Assembly (NCBI RefSeq): GCF_030028105.1
Contig: NC_092374.1
Location: 66,474,948-66,538,947 of the forward strand
DNA: 64,000 nucleotides
DNA from: Mobula birostris
Taxonomy: Eukaryota
Direction: 5' to 3'
The position numbers and the translations under genes are program-made. The notes under the pieces were generated by a model. The model ran no database searches. It was not told the DNA's origin and saw only the letters and a list, made by a program, of their open reading frames with translations. This document shows, one piece after another, positions 1-11,475 of this stretch (positions are counted from its first letter, which is position 1; every line of letters starts with the position of its first letter).

Positions 1-262
1 CCTCTGGGCCACTCTCCTCTCCTATCAGATTCCTTCTTCTTCAGCCCTTGACCTTTCCCACCCAACTGGCGTCACCTATTGCCTTCCAGCTAGCCACCGT
101 CCCCTCCCCCTACCTTTTTATTCTAGCATCTTTCCCCCTTCCTTCTCAGTCCTGAAGAAGAGTCTCAGCACAAAATGTTGACTACTTGCTGCCTGACCTG
201 CTGAGTTCATCCAGCCATTTTGTGTGTGTTGCTTTGATTTCCAGCATCTGCAGACTTCCTCT
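1..262 (+). mobile_element. Penelope-like element 3' tail fragment with decayed hammerhead motif (147-184)
   Basis: Pyrimidine-rich tract, then cagtcctgaagaagagtctcagcacaaaatgttgac...gcctgacctgctgagttc...tgtgtgtgttgc, homologous to the tail of the PLE at 9822-11536. Confidence 0.75.
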
Positions 263-1104
263 TTAGCTGAGAACCCCGTTCCTTTTGAAGATTCTATCAG
301 CATGTTTCAATTGATTAAGACTGTGAGTGGACAGAAATAACCTTACTTAGATTGCTCATGGAAATGATTAGACCATAGAATGCAAAGCCTTGTAATTCAG
401 TCTCCTCTTATTCCTGTAACCAGATTATTAGCTTAGGGTATCATCTATTTTCACACTTCTGGCAATTTGCATTGAGTGAGGGGTTTCGAGTGTAAACTCC
501 ATCTAACATGGTGACTCTATACAGAAATAATACCATTCAGTATGTCACCCATTGGAAAGAGAAAAAGAGAGAAAAAAAAGAGAGTTGGTGATAATTAAAA
601 AAAAGTTGAGTATGGAATTCACTGAATTGCGGCATTGTTATGGCACAAGGCGAGGGCATTTGACTCATTGTCTCTGCTGGCTTCCTGCAAATTATTCCAG
701 TGACACCCACTATCATATTCTCTGCACTTATTCCTGAAAATAATTTACCCTTAGTGTCTCTTCGATTTAATTCCGAAAGCCCAGCCTAACTCTACTTTCA
801 CATCATGGAGAGGGAAAATCACCAATTGGTGGAAAAGCTTTTTCCCTCACATTCACTCCCTATTGATGGCCTATAACTTCAATCTTGAGTTGCCTGGTCA
901 TCAAAGTATCTGAAAATGATCAAACTTTCTCTGCTTACCCTATCTAAAAATTAGATTAGGTTAGCTTATTTGTCACATGTATATCAAAACATACAGTGAA
1001 ATGCACTGTTTGTGTCAACGACCAGCCCAGTCTGAGGATGTGCTGGAGGCAGTCCACAAGTGTCACCAGGTTTCCAGGTGACAACATAACATACCCTCAG
1101 CTTA

Positions 1105-1270
1105 TTAGTCCTTACTAACCCATATGTCTTTGTAATGTGGGAGGAAACCAGAGCACCTGGAGGAGACCTGCATGGTCATGGGGAGAACATACAAACTCTT
1201 TACAGATAATGGCAGAGGTTGGAACCTAGTCACTGATGCTGTAAGGAGTTACGCTGGCTGCTACATTACC
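1105..1270 (-). mobile_element. V-SINE-like tRNA-derived SINE, degenerate
   Basis: Reverse complement of the V-domain core (tgtgggaggaaaccagagcacctggagga...ggggagaacatacaaact); similar to other copies in the window. Confidence 0.6.
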
Positions 1271-1703
1271 TTAACTACACTCATCATAATCTGCATTAAT
1301 CTAACAAATTTTCTATCAATCTTTCTTTACACTAAAAAGAACTTGCCCAGCTTCTCCAGTCTAACATTAGAATTGAAATCCCACACCCCTGAAATAATTC
1401 TAGTAAAATCATCTCTAAGACCTTTACATCCTTCCTAAATAGACACTGAATGTGGTGTAACGAGTGTTTTATAAAATGTTTTTGTACTGTGGACCTCTTT
1501 TACTCATGACTATGTTTTGCAAAGATATATGCACATTTCTTCAAAGGTTTCTGCACACCTTTAACATGGTGAAATATAGTCTGAATCATTTTCTTCCCCA
1601 AGGGTAAAGTTTGTGCAATTATAATTTGTAAAAATCCTATATGAATCTTCCATTATAAACACGGTGACTAGAACATATAATGACTGGCAAAGAGGCTGAG
1701 CAA

Positions 1704-1883
1704 GCAGCAGTGCCACAGTAGTGTAGCAGTCACCGCGCTGCTGATACAACTCAGGGCCCTCCGGAGTTCGGAGTTTAATTCCAGCACTGCCTGGAAGCAG
1801 TTTGTATGTTCTCCCCGTGAACCACATGGGTGCTCTGGATTTCTCCCACAGTCTAAGGACGTACATGTTATTAGGTTAATGTA
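1704..1883 (+). mobile_element. V-SINE-like tRNA-derived SINE, interrupted by the PLE insertion at 1884
   Basis: tRNA-like head followed by gtttgtatgttctccccgtg...tttctcccacagtctaaggacgtac...taggttaat. Confidence 0.65.
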
Positions 1884-1975
1884 AACACAAAGTAATCTGC
1901 AGATGCTGGGGTCAAAACAACACTCACAACACGCTGGAGGAACTCAGCGGGTCGGGCAGCATCTGTGGAAATGAA

Positions 1976-2013
1976 CAGTCAACATTTCGGGCCGGAACCC
2001 TTCGTCAGGACTG
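1976..2013 (-). ncRNA. Putative minimal type-I hammerhead ribozyme, sense to the grin3a pre-mRNA
   Basis: Minus strand reads CAGTC CTGACGA A GGGT-TCCG-GCCC GAAA TG TT GACTG: helix I CAGTC/GACTG, CUGANGA and GAAA core boxes, helix II, UH site. Confidence 0.75.
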
Positions 2014-2494
2014 AAGAGGGAGGGGGCAGAGGCCCTATAAAGAAGGTGGGGGGAGGGTGGGAAGGAGAAGGCTGGTAGGTTCCAGGTGAAAAACCAGTAA
2101 GGGGAAAGATAAAGGGCGGGGGAGGGGAAGCAGGGAGGTAATAGGCAGGAAAGGTGAAGAAGAAATAAGGGAAAGCACAATGGGTAGTAGAAAGAGCAAC
2201 ACCTCATATACCATCTGGGTAGTCTCCAGCCCCTTGGTATGAACACTGAATTCTCCATCTTCCGGTAATTCCCTCCCCCTCCCTTCCCCCATCCCAGTGT
2301 CACTTTGCCCCCTCCCCCAGCTGCCTATCACTTTCCTCATGGTTCCGCTTCCTTCTACTACCCATTGTGCTTTCCCTTATTTCTTCTTCACCTTTCCTAC
2401 CTATTACCTCCCTGCTTCCCCTCCCCCACCCTTTATCTTTCCCCTTACTGGTTTTTCACCTGGAACCTTCCCACCCTCCTCCCACCTTCTTTAT

Positions 2495-2532
2495 CAGTCC
2501 TGACGAAGGGTTCCGGCCCGAAACGTTGTCTG
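2495..2532 (+). ncRNA. Putative minimal type-I hammerhead ribozyme
   Basis: CAGTC CTGACGA A GGGT-TCCG-GCCC GAAA CG TT GTCTG; core intact, palindromic ACGT helix III, one mismatch in helix I. Confidence 0.75.
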
Positions 2533-2610
2533 ATCATTTCCACGGATGCTGCCGACCTGCTGAGTTCCTCCAGCGTGTAGTAGGTTAATGTAGCGGTTAG
2601 CTGAAAACAA

Positions 2611-2920
2611 GGCACGTGGCCAAGTGGTTAAGGCATTTGACTAGCGATCTGAAGGTCGTGAGTTCGAGCCCCAGTCGAGGCAACGTGTTGTGTCCTTAAG
2701 CAAGGCACTTAATCACACAGTGCTCTGTGACGACACTGGTGCCAAGGTGTATGGCTCCTAATGCCCTTCCCTTGGACAACATTGGTGTCATGGAGAGGAG
2801 AGACTTGCAGCATGGGCAGCTGCTGGTCTTCCATACAACCCTGCCCAGGCCTGTGCCCTGGAGAGTGAAGACTTTCCAGGCGCAGATCCATGGTCTCGCA
2901 AGACTAACGGATGCCTTTAA
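2611..2920 (+). mobile_element. Full-length tRNA-derived SINE with RTE-type 3' tail
   Basis: Pol III A box TGGCCAAGTGG and B box GTTCGAGCC. 14-bp TSD TTAGCTGAAAACAA (2597-2610, 2921-2934). Tail shared with the RTE fragment at 31723-31926. Confidence 0.9.
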
Positions 2921-3499
2921 TTAGCTGAAAACAAACCAAAGCTGCTGAGAGACTATGGGAATTGACACTGTAATAACTCTAAATAACTGAGCTCCAAGTC
3001 AAAAAAGTGCATTCAATTCTTTAATAGGAAACCAGCAAACTACCTTATAGCGATAAAAAAACGAACAAAACTAAAATTAGTGATATAGTGGAATAAGAGT
3101 AATTGGTGTTCAAATTAGCATATTTAGCATAATTAGTGAAGGGTAAATAAATGAAATAACAAAATAATTGTAACTACGTTCAACAACAAAATAAAGTTCC
3201 CCAGTTGCCTCTAACTCTCAACAGACTCAATGACTAAGGCAAAGTGAGAAACATAACTATACTCATTTGCTTCGACCATGCCACAACCCATGTGACAAAT
3301 TACCCATAATAAATGTGCAACTCAAGATACATTACAGACAGGCAAAGGATAGATATGTGGCTCCTACAGATCACTGTAAATTGTCCTGTGATTAGACTAG
3401 AGATAAATAGGTGGGTTTGTGGGCAAAGCGTTTCATTGGGCTGGAAGGGCCTGTTCTCTAAATCTCTAAATAAATAATAAAATAAAATAAAATAAGTTG

Positions 3500-3670
3500 C
3501 TATCTCACAGGTCCAGTGATTAGAATTCAATTCTGATATCTTGTACTGTTTGTGGGAGTTTGTATGTTCTTTGTCTGCATGGATTTCCTCAGAGTACTTC
3601 AGTTTCTCCCCACAACTCAAACACATGCAGATGCTAGATTATTTGGCTATTATTAATTGCCCAATGTAAT
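3500..3670 (+). mobile_element. V-SINE-like element, degenerate
   Basis: gtttgtgggagtttgtatgttct...tggatttcctc...agtttctccccacaactcaaacacatgcag. Confidence 0.55.
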
Positions 3671-3821
3671 AGGTGAGTGGAAGAACCTGGAGAAGGAGTA
3701 GCTGATGAAGTATGGAGGGAATAAAGAATAGTATGGGGTTAGCATAAATGGGAGCTTGAAAATTAGCACAGACTGTGCTGAATGGGCACTTTCTATGACT
3801 CCAAAAACACGCACATTTGTG

Positions 3822-4012
3822 AACAACACACACGTAATGTTGGATGAACTCAGCAGGCCAGGTACCATGTATGGAGGCCAGTTCTGATGAAGGGTCTTGG
3901 CCTGATATGTCAACTGGTTATTTTGCTCCATAGGTGCTGCCTGACCTGCTGAGTTCCTCTAGCATTTGTGTGTGTTGCTCAAGATTTCCAGCATTAGCAG
4001 AAACTCATGTCT
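3822..4012 (+). mobile_element. Miniature fold-back PLE derivative with central hammerhead-like motif (3879-3916)
   Basis: Arms ~3822-3876 and ~3926-3977 are imperfect inverted repeats of the PLE tail. Centre reads CAGTT CTGATGA A GGGT-CTTG-GCCT GATA TG TC AACTG. Confidence 0.75.
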
Positions 4013-4212
4013 CACAGATGTTTCTGAAAATGGTGATGCCATGAACTATCATTTTGTAAAGAAATTGCATGCATGCCTGGTTCAGATTTTCGATATATTA
4101 AGGATACATGCTTTTACCTTTTAAGGAAAACAATGATTAAGTTTATTTTGAGAAACCAGTTGTAAATTAAACTTAATTCATTATCTGTTGAGAGATTTAT
4201 GAACTATTTTCA

Positions 4213-4548
<336 letters not shown>

Positions 4549-4554
4549 TCAACA

Positions 4555-4952
4555 TGAGGCACTGCTTCAAGAAGGCAATATCTATTATCAAATACCCTCA
4601 TTACATGGATCTTGTCATCTTCTCATGGCTACTACTGGACAGAATCCTGAAGTTCCACACCGCCAAGGTCAAAAACAGCTACTTCCTTTCAGCCATTTGG
4701 TCCTTGAACCAACCTGCATAACCATAATTACCACTTCAGTGTAGCAGCACTTTGACCACTTTACACTATAATGGACCTCGTATTTGTGTTCATCCTTGTA
4801 TAATTTATGTTTGTCTCATGAATGTTGTATCTCTGATGCTATGAGTTTGTGATTCCACTGCAAGTACAGTAATTATTTTACAGCACCTATGCATACATGT
4901 ACTTGTGCACATGAGAATAACCCTGACTTTGTTTTTTGACTTTGACTTTGAC
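4555..4952 (+). mobile_element. Rex1/Babar-like LINE 3' end
   Basis: Degenerate ORF2 C-terminus (C.KKA.SIIK.P...) with (TTTGAC)n tail; homologous to 54500-55038. Confidence 0.55.
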
Positions 4953-5559
4953 ATTCCATCCTGGATACGAACTGAACAATCCTACTGTCTCAGTCCTCCT
5001 CTCAATGTTTATCCTTAGCTTTGCAGCCTATTCTCTCTCCCTTGTTCATTTATTGCCCTTTGATTATTTTAATACTTAGCCACACTAGAGAATAACGCAT
5101 GTTGGCCAATTAACTTATCGGCACATCTCGCGGATGTAGGAGGAAAACAGAGAGTCTTGGGGAAACTCATGTAGTTAACTTGCAAACTTCACACAGAAAG
5201 TGCTCAAAGTCAGGATGAAACCCGGATTGCTGGAGCCATGAAACAGAAGCACCAACTCCCATTTCACCATGCATTTGCCACAGCTGTCACTGCACTCATG
5301 AAAGTGACAGAACTCCCAACAAATAAAACAAAATAATGGCCTTAGCTAAAATTTGTTTTAATTTCAACACATTCCATATTAATGTACGATGTGGGTCAAT
5401 AAATTGAAGTCTTTGAAAAATTTTGTTTCTTAACAGGAATAAGTAATTGACCTACAGCACTTGCATAAGTAGTAAATTGTCATGGAGAGGTGCCGATCTT
5501 TTTTCAGCTACAGATTTACTCCATTTAAGGCATCTGATTTATCTGGTTTAAGAAATTCA

Positions 5560-6750
5560 GGACTTGAGAAACAGAAGGAACAGTAGGCCTTCAACTTTTC
5601 ATCCTGGTCAATCATTCATTAAGATTTTGTCTAATCTACCTCAGCTCCATTTTTCTGCACTATCCCTCAACCTGTACTTCCCTGAATGTTCAGGAATCCA
5701 TTAACCTACATGTTGAATGAACAAGATTACTCAGTCTCCACAGCTCCCTCAGCTGAAAATTTGAACAGCTCAGCACCATCTGAATGTAGAATTTTCTCAA
5801 CCCAGACCTAAATATTCTGCCCTCAGCTAGGTAAACAGTTTATTAAAATTTTGTAAGTTGTGATGAGATCTCTTTCCCTTTTTCTAAACTATGGAGAATG
5901 CAGTACCAAATCCTGCTCAAGTGGCAAACTTATAATCCATGGGACCAGTCCCTTGTTGCACTCTCTTGACAACATGCACAATCTCTTTTAAGGAGACCAA
6001 TAACCTAGGTGCAGTTTTACCATCACTCTAAACAATAACAATGCAACATTCTTATTTTCTAAAGGCTAACAGAACATTTGACCTTTTAATTTCTCACTGC
6101 TTCTGCATGTTGGCTTCCATTGACTTGTGGAAAGCACACCTACTTCTCTTTGAAGGTGACCGTCACCCAATCTCTTACCATTTAACAAACATTCCAGGTT
6201 TTTCTGAACCAAAGTGGATAACCTCACATCTTTCCACATTACCAAGTTCTCACTCCTTCACTCACCTCTTCCAAAATCTCTCATTCCATTGTCCTGCAGA
6301 TTTACAATCCCACTTGTTTTTGTATCATCACCAAACTAGAAATTTGGACCCTTGGCAAATTGTTGAGATAGGTTGTGAAAAGTTGGAGTCCAAGCACAGT
6401 TAGTAGAGAACCACTAACCACAGTAAAACCATAGAACACAGAGCCTAACCAATATGAGATTAATCCATTTATTCCCACTTTCCTCACTGTCTAATAATAA
6501 ATTCTTAATCCATGCCAGTATATTATCCCTAATCTTGTTGGCCAACTTACTATGCTAAAACGTATTGAACACCTTCAGAAATAAATAAATACATTACGTA
6601 CTTAGGTACCCCTGCCTATTCTATTAATCATGCAATCAAAGAACTACAGCAATTTTTCCTTTCATAAACCGATGTAGTTTCTGTACAGTGTATTATTCTT
6701 CCCAGAGATGCTGCAATTACATCCTTAATTACAGATTTCATTATTTTCCC
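5560..6750 (-). mobile_element. Old CR1 LINE ORF2/3' relic
   Basis: Segments such as ccaaagtggataacctcacat and ccatttattcccacttt align with the young CR1 at 13009-15453. Confidence 0.6.
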
Positions 6751-7183
6751 TTCTGCTCCCTAGACAGACACATAAACAGGCAGACAAAAGAGGGCTATGA
6801 ACCATGTGCAGGCAGATGGGATTAGTTTAGATTGGCCTCATGGTTGGCATAGATATTGTGAGCTGAAGACCTAGTTCTGTTCCTGTACTTTATGTGCTAT
6901 GTTCTACTAGAATTAGGCTAACAGGTCAGTAAGTCTTTGTTTTCTTTTTCCTTTCTTTCTCAAATGGCGGGTTCACATTTGCTGGAATTTTCTGGAATTG
7001 TCCGAGGAAACAATTCCAGAATCTGTAGATTAGTGTTGGTATTGACTTATTATTGTCACGTGTACCAAGAATTAGTGAAAAACATGGTTTTGTAAGCCAT
7101 TCATCCAGATCATTTTGAAATATCATTAGTTTGAGGTAGTGCCTACAAGAACAGAATACAGTATATTGTGTTACAGTTTCAGA

Positions 7184-7977
7184 TGCAACCCTCTCACCAG
7201 GACTTGTATACAAACTTAGCTCATTGGCTAACCCTGCTAACAGCCACGTGACCCCATAAACAGCATACTTCTAGAGTCGGTATGGTCTGGGCTCAGATGA
7301 ACAGGAAAGTTAGCATGGTCTGATTAAGGAACATTGATTATAGTGAATTCTGTGTAAGTACTACCCCATACATAGTTACTGGAGGCCAAGAAATGACAGA
7401 TTGTACACCAGCATAATGTTACAAAGAAAGTTTATTTATCAATTTTCAACTTTAACAAACAGTTAACAGGAAAAGAGAAGAAAACTAAAAGGCCACATTA
7501 CAGTTAAACCAGTCTAAATGTGCACATAAGTGTTGGAGCTTGTTTCTGTAGTAGTTGGGCCTATCTCTTTACTCAAGGCACTGAATTACTATCACCAATC
7601 AGAGGTAGAACTTCCCTCCTTGGGATCATTCACTTTGCCAAACACTCTTTGCAATAGTGTCTCCCCTTCAGGTGGGATCCTCCAAGCATCTTCCCTTGTG
7701 CTCTTCTCTCCGCACCTCCTGACTAAAAGACCCCAAACCAGATCACCATCCTTCAGAAATCTGATCCCACCCAGCACTCTTAAACCTTCCATTGCATCTC
7801 ACTGGGCAGAAAGGCAAACCCAACTGACTGACACCACATTCCTAAGTTAGACAAAATTGCTCCTTATCTTTAACTGTAGCTAAACTAATCTTACTAACAG
7901 GACATACTGCTTTTGCAGAAACTGCTAAAAAAAAACCTCACAGCATGACAAAAGAAATTCTAACCAAGGGCATGACA
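7184..7977 (-). mobile_element. Solo LTR inserted into a Rex1/Babar-type 3' fragment (~7030-8390)
   Basis: TG...CA ends (TGCAACCC...GGGCATGACA), 4-bp TSD CAGA (7180-7183, 7978-7981), minus-strand AATAAA near 7431. The host repeat reads through when the insert is removed. Confidence 0.7.
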
Positions 7978-8849
7978 CAGAGAAAAACACAATGCAGTTA
8001 GACAATAAGGTGCAAGAGCCATGACGGGGTTAACTGTGAGACGAAGAGTTCATCTTCGATGTACAAGGCCCCTGTTTAAGAATCTTATAACAGCGGGAAA
8101 GAAGCCTGGTGATTTGTGTTTTCAAGCTTCTGTATATGCTTTCCAATCTACAGGACAGAAGAGAAATTATTTGTGCTGGGAAGAGTCTTTGGTTATGATG
8201 GCTGCTTTGCTGAGGCACTGAGAAGTGTGGCCAGATCCATGGAGGGAAGGCTGCTTTACTGTGATGCACTGAGCTGAATCCACAACTCTCTGCAATTTCT
8301 TCTATCTTGTTGCCATACAATGCTGAGATGCATCCAGACAGGATGTTTCAGGATGCTTTTAATGATGCTTTCATAAACAGAACTATGGAAGTGTACACTA
8401 TCTCTAAAATCACCCCTTCAAAACAGGATTCCTGCACAAAGAGTAATTAATTACTTTTAGTCAATACATAATCTACTTATGTTGAACGATAAGTTATGAA
8501 GAGTGAATGTTTCCTCTCATTTATTTTTAAAACTGTTGGCTGCAGCAGAAAATGTCAAAATGCACAGCATGTTCCATCTATAGTAAGCCTTAGGGCTACA
8601 AAGCACTTCTGGCTGAGTCTAACCACGTCATCAGATATTCTTACATCTTATTCATCAAATCCGGAAAACTGTCACATAATTAATATTTCTTTTGCAGAGA
8701 AATTAAACTCAGAATGCAATTAAGTGATTCAAATTATGTCAGCTACAGGTTAAAAGAAGCATTTTCACTTCTACATGACAAGCTTATGTGAACAAATCCC
8801 ATTGCAGAATCTTAGTACAAAATATTGACTTGTGCTATCGCAAATCATC

Positions 8850-9030
8850 CTTTCCAATGAGGTGCTAAACCCTGGCCTTTCTGCTATCTCAAGTGGGGGT
8901 AAAAGATCAGATGGCATTAGCTCGATGAACTGAAAATTAACATTTCAATCAACATCACACAAAATAATGATCATAATCCATTGTGGGATTTCTCACATTA
9001 TGATTATAGTTAATTTTCACTTCATAATAA
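8850..9030 (+). mobile_element. Deu-domain SINE relic (SacSINE1/AmnSINE-like)
   Basis: gaggtgctaaaccctggcc...tctcaagtgggggtaaaagatcagatggcatta resembles the Deu core from recall. Confidence 0.5.
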
Positions 9031-9847
9031 CATATGAGGAGGCATTCAGACCATCTGGTCTACGTTGTTTCCCAGGTGAGCCATCCCATTAATTAGGTCC
9101 TAAGACCATAAGGTGTAGGAGCAGAATCAGGCCAGGGCCCATCATGTCTGCTCCATCATTTGATCAGGGCTGATTATTTTTTTGCAACGCCATTATTCTA
9201 CCTTCTCCCTGTTACCAAGAATCTATCAATCTCTATCTTAAGTGCACACTGTGACGTGACCTCCACAGCCCTTCTTGGCATCAAATTCCACAGATCTACC
9301 ACCCTCTGGTGGAAGAAATTCCTTCTCATCTCAGTTCTAAAGGAATGCCCCTTTATTCTGGGACAGTGGCCTCAGATTCTAGGCTCTCCTGCTAATGGAA
9401 ACACCCTCTGAGCTTTCGCTCTCTCCAGGCCTTTCAGTTTCCTTCCTCCGTTACTTCCTTGTACCTTTGCAACATATTCTCTCCCACTGAGTTATAGATC
9501 AATACAGCGCTCTTCAGCTCTTCAGCTCAGCCTGTCTCCCTGACCAGGGTGCCCACTGAACAGGTCACAATTTCCTGCGTTCAGCCATATCTCAGTGAGC
9601 TCTGCCCCTCCATGTACTTCTCCAAGCCCTCCTTAAAGGATACTGCTGTGTCTGTCTCATTCACTTCCTTTGGCATCTTGTTTCACCATCTGCATGATAA
9701 AGTTGTCCCTCAGGTCCCTTTTAAATCTTTCCCCTCTCAACTAAAACCAATGCTCCATTGTTTTGGACTCTTCAGCCATGAAAAGACTGTTAGTGTCCAC
9801 CGTATCTAAGCCTCTCATAATAAGATCTTAAAGCTCTACGCTTCTTT

Positions 9848-11143
9848 TTGGATTCCAGACCTAATCAGTTCCCCTCTACCACCACGCTGCTCCGTCTAGC
9901 GGAATTAGTCCTTACTCTTAATAATTTCTCCTTTGGCTCCTCCCACTTCCTCCAAACTAAAGGTGTAGCTATGGGCACCCGTATGGGTCCTAGCTATGCC
10001 TGCCTTTTTGTTGGGTTTGTGGAACAATCTATGTTCCGTGCCTATTCTGGTATCTGTCCCCCACTTTTCCTTCGCTACATCGATGACTACATTGGCGCTG
10101 CTTCCTGCACGCATGCAGAACTCGTTGACTTTATTAACTTTGCCTCCAACTTTCACTCTGCCCTCAAGTTTACCTGGTCCATTTCCGACACCTCCCTCCC
10201 CTTTCTAGATCTTTCTGTCTCTGTCTCTGGAGACAGCTTATCCACTGACGTCTACTATAAGCCTACTGACTCTCACAGCTATCTGGACTATTCCTCTTCT
10301 CACCCTGGCTCTTGCAAAAACGCCATCCCCTTCTCGCAATTCCTCCATCTCCGCCGCATCTGCTCTCAGGATGAGGCTTTTCATTCTAGGACGAGGGAGA
10401 TGTCTTCCTTTTTTAAAGAAAGGGGCTTCCCTTCCTCCACTATCAACTCTGCTCTTAAACGCATCTCCACCATTTCACGTACATCTGCTCTCACTCCATC
10501 CTCTCGCCACCCCACTAGGAATAGGGCTCCCCTGGTCCTCACCTACCACCCCACCAGCCTCCGGGTCCAACAAATTATTCTCCGTAACTTCTACCACCTC
10601 CAACGGGATCCCACCACTAAACACATCTTTCCCTCCCCCCCTCTCTCTGCATTCCGCAGGGATCGCTCCCTACGCAATTCCCTTGTCCATTCGTCCCCCC
10701 CATCCCTCCCTACTGATCTCCCTCCTGGCACTTATCCGTGTAAGCGGAACAAGTGCTACACATGCCCTTACACTTCCTCCCTTACCACCATTCAGGGCCC
10801 CAAACAGTCCTTCCAGGTGAGGCGACACTTCACCTGTGAGTCGACTGGGGAGATATACTGCGTCCGGTGCTCCCGATGTGGCCTTTTATATATTGGCGAG
10901 ACCCGACGCAGACTGGGAGACCGCTTTGCTGAACATCTACGCTCTGTCCGCCAGAGAAAGCAGGATCTCCCAGTGGCCACACATTTTAATTCCACATCCC
11001 ATTCCCATTCTGACATGTCCATCCACGGCCTCCTCTACTGTAAAGATGAAGCCACACTCAGGTTGGAGGAACAACACCTTATATTCCGTCTGGGTAGCCT
11101 CCAACCTGATGGCATGAACATCGACTTCTCTAACTTCCGCTAA
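9848..11143 (+). CDS. Penelope-like reverse transcriptase + GIY-YIG endonuclease, N-terminally truncated, uninterrupted 431 codons
   Basis: GVAMGTRMGPSYA, RYIDD, FLDL and YKPT RT motifs; CKRNKCYTC cysteine cluster in the linker; EIYCVRCSRCGLLYIGETRRRLGDRFAEH nuclease motif. Confidence 0.9.
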   Translation: MDSRPNQFPSTTTLLRLAELVLTLNNFSFGSSHFLQTKGVAMGTRMGPSYACLFVGFVEQSMFRAYSGICPPLFLRYIDDYIGAASCTHAELVDFINFASNFHSALKFTWSISDTSLPFLDLSVSVSGDSLSTDVYYKPTDSHSYLDYSSSHPGSCKNAIPFSQFLHLRRICSQDEAFHSRTREMSSFFKERGFPSSTINSALKRISTISRTSALTPSSRHPTRNRAPLVLTYHPTSLRVQQIILRNFYHLQRDPTTKHIFPSPPLSAFRRDRSLRNSLVHSSPPSLPTDLPPGTYPCKRNKCYTCPYTSSLTTIQGPKQSFQVRRHFTCESTGEIYCVRCSRCGLLYIGETRRRLGDRFAEHLRSVRQRKQDLPVATHFNSTSHSHSDMSIHGLLYCKDEATLRLEEQHLIFRLGSLQPDGMNIDFSNFR

Positions 11144-11437
11144 GGCCCCACCTCCCCCTCGTACCCCATCTGTTACTCATTTTTATGCACACATTCTTTC
11201 TCTCACTCTCCTTTTTCTCCCTCTGTCCCTCTGAATATACCTCTTGCCCATCCTCTGGGTTCCCCCCGCCCCTTGTCTTTCTTCCCGGACCTCCTGTCCC
11301 ATGATCCTCTCGTATCCCTTTTGCCTATCACCTGCCCAGCTCTTGGCTCCATCCCTCCCCCTCCTGTCTTCTCCTTTCATTTTGGATCTCCCCCTCCCCC
11401 TCCAACTTTCAAATCCCTTACTCACTCTTCCTTCAGT

Positions 11438-11475
11438 TAGTCCTGACGAAGGGTCTCGGCCTGAAGCATCGACTG
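11438..11475 (+). ncRNA. Hammerhead ribozyme motif of the PLE tail, mutated (GAAA>GAAG, CG>CA)
   Basis: TAGTC CTGACGA A GGGT-CTCG-GCCT GAAG CA TC GACTG. Confidence 0.6.

Larger units (their letters stand above)
1884..2580. mobile_element. 5'-truncated Penelope-like element with inverted tail duplication (fold-back)
   Basis: 12-bp direct repeat TAGGTTAATGTA at 1872-1883 and 2581-2592. Arms ~1930-2192 and ~2353-2578 are reverse complements. The spacer encodes EQHLIYHLGSLQPLGMNTEFSIFR* (2194-2268), homologous to the C-terminus of the 431-aa PLE ORF. Confidence 0.9.

Noticed and set aside
2611-2685. tRNA gene
   Set aside because: It is the head of a TSD-flanked SINE with a second copy in the window.
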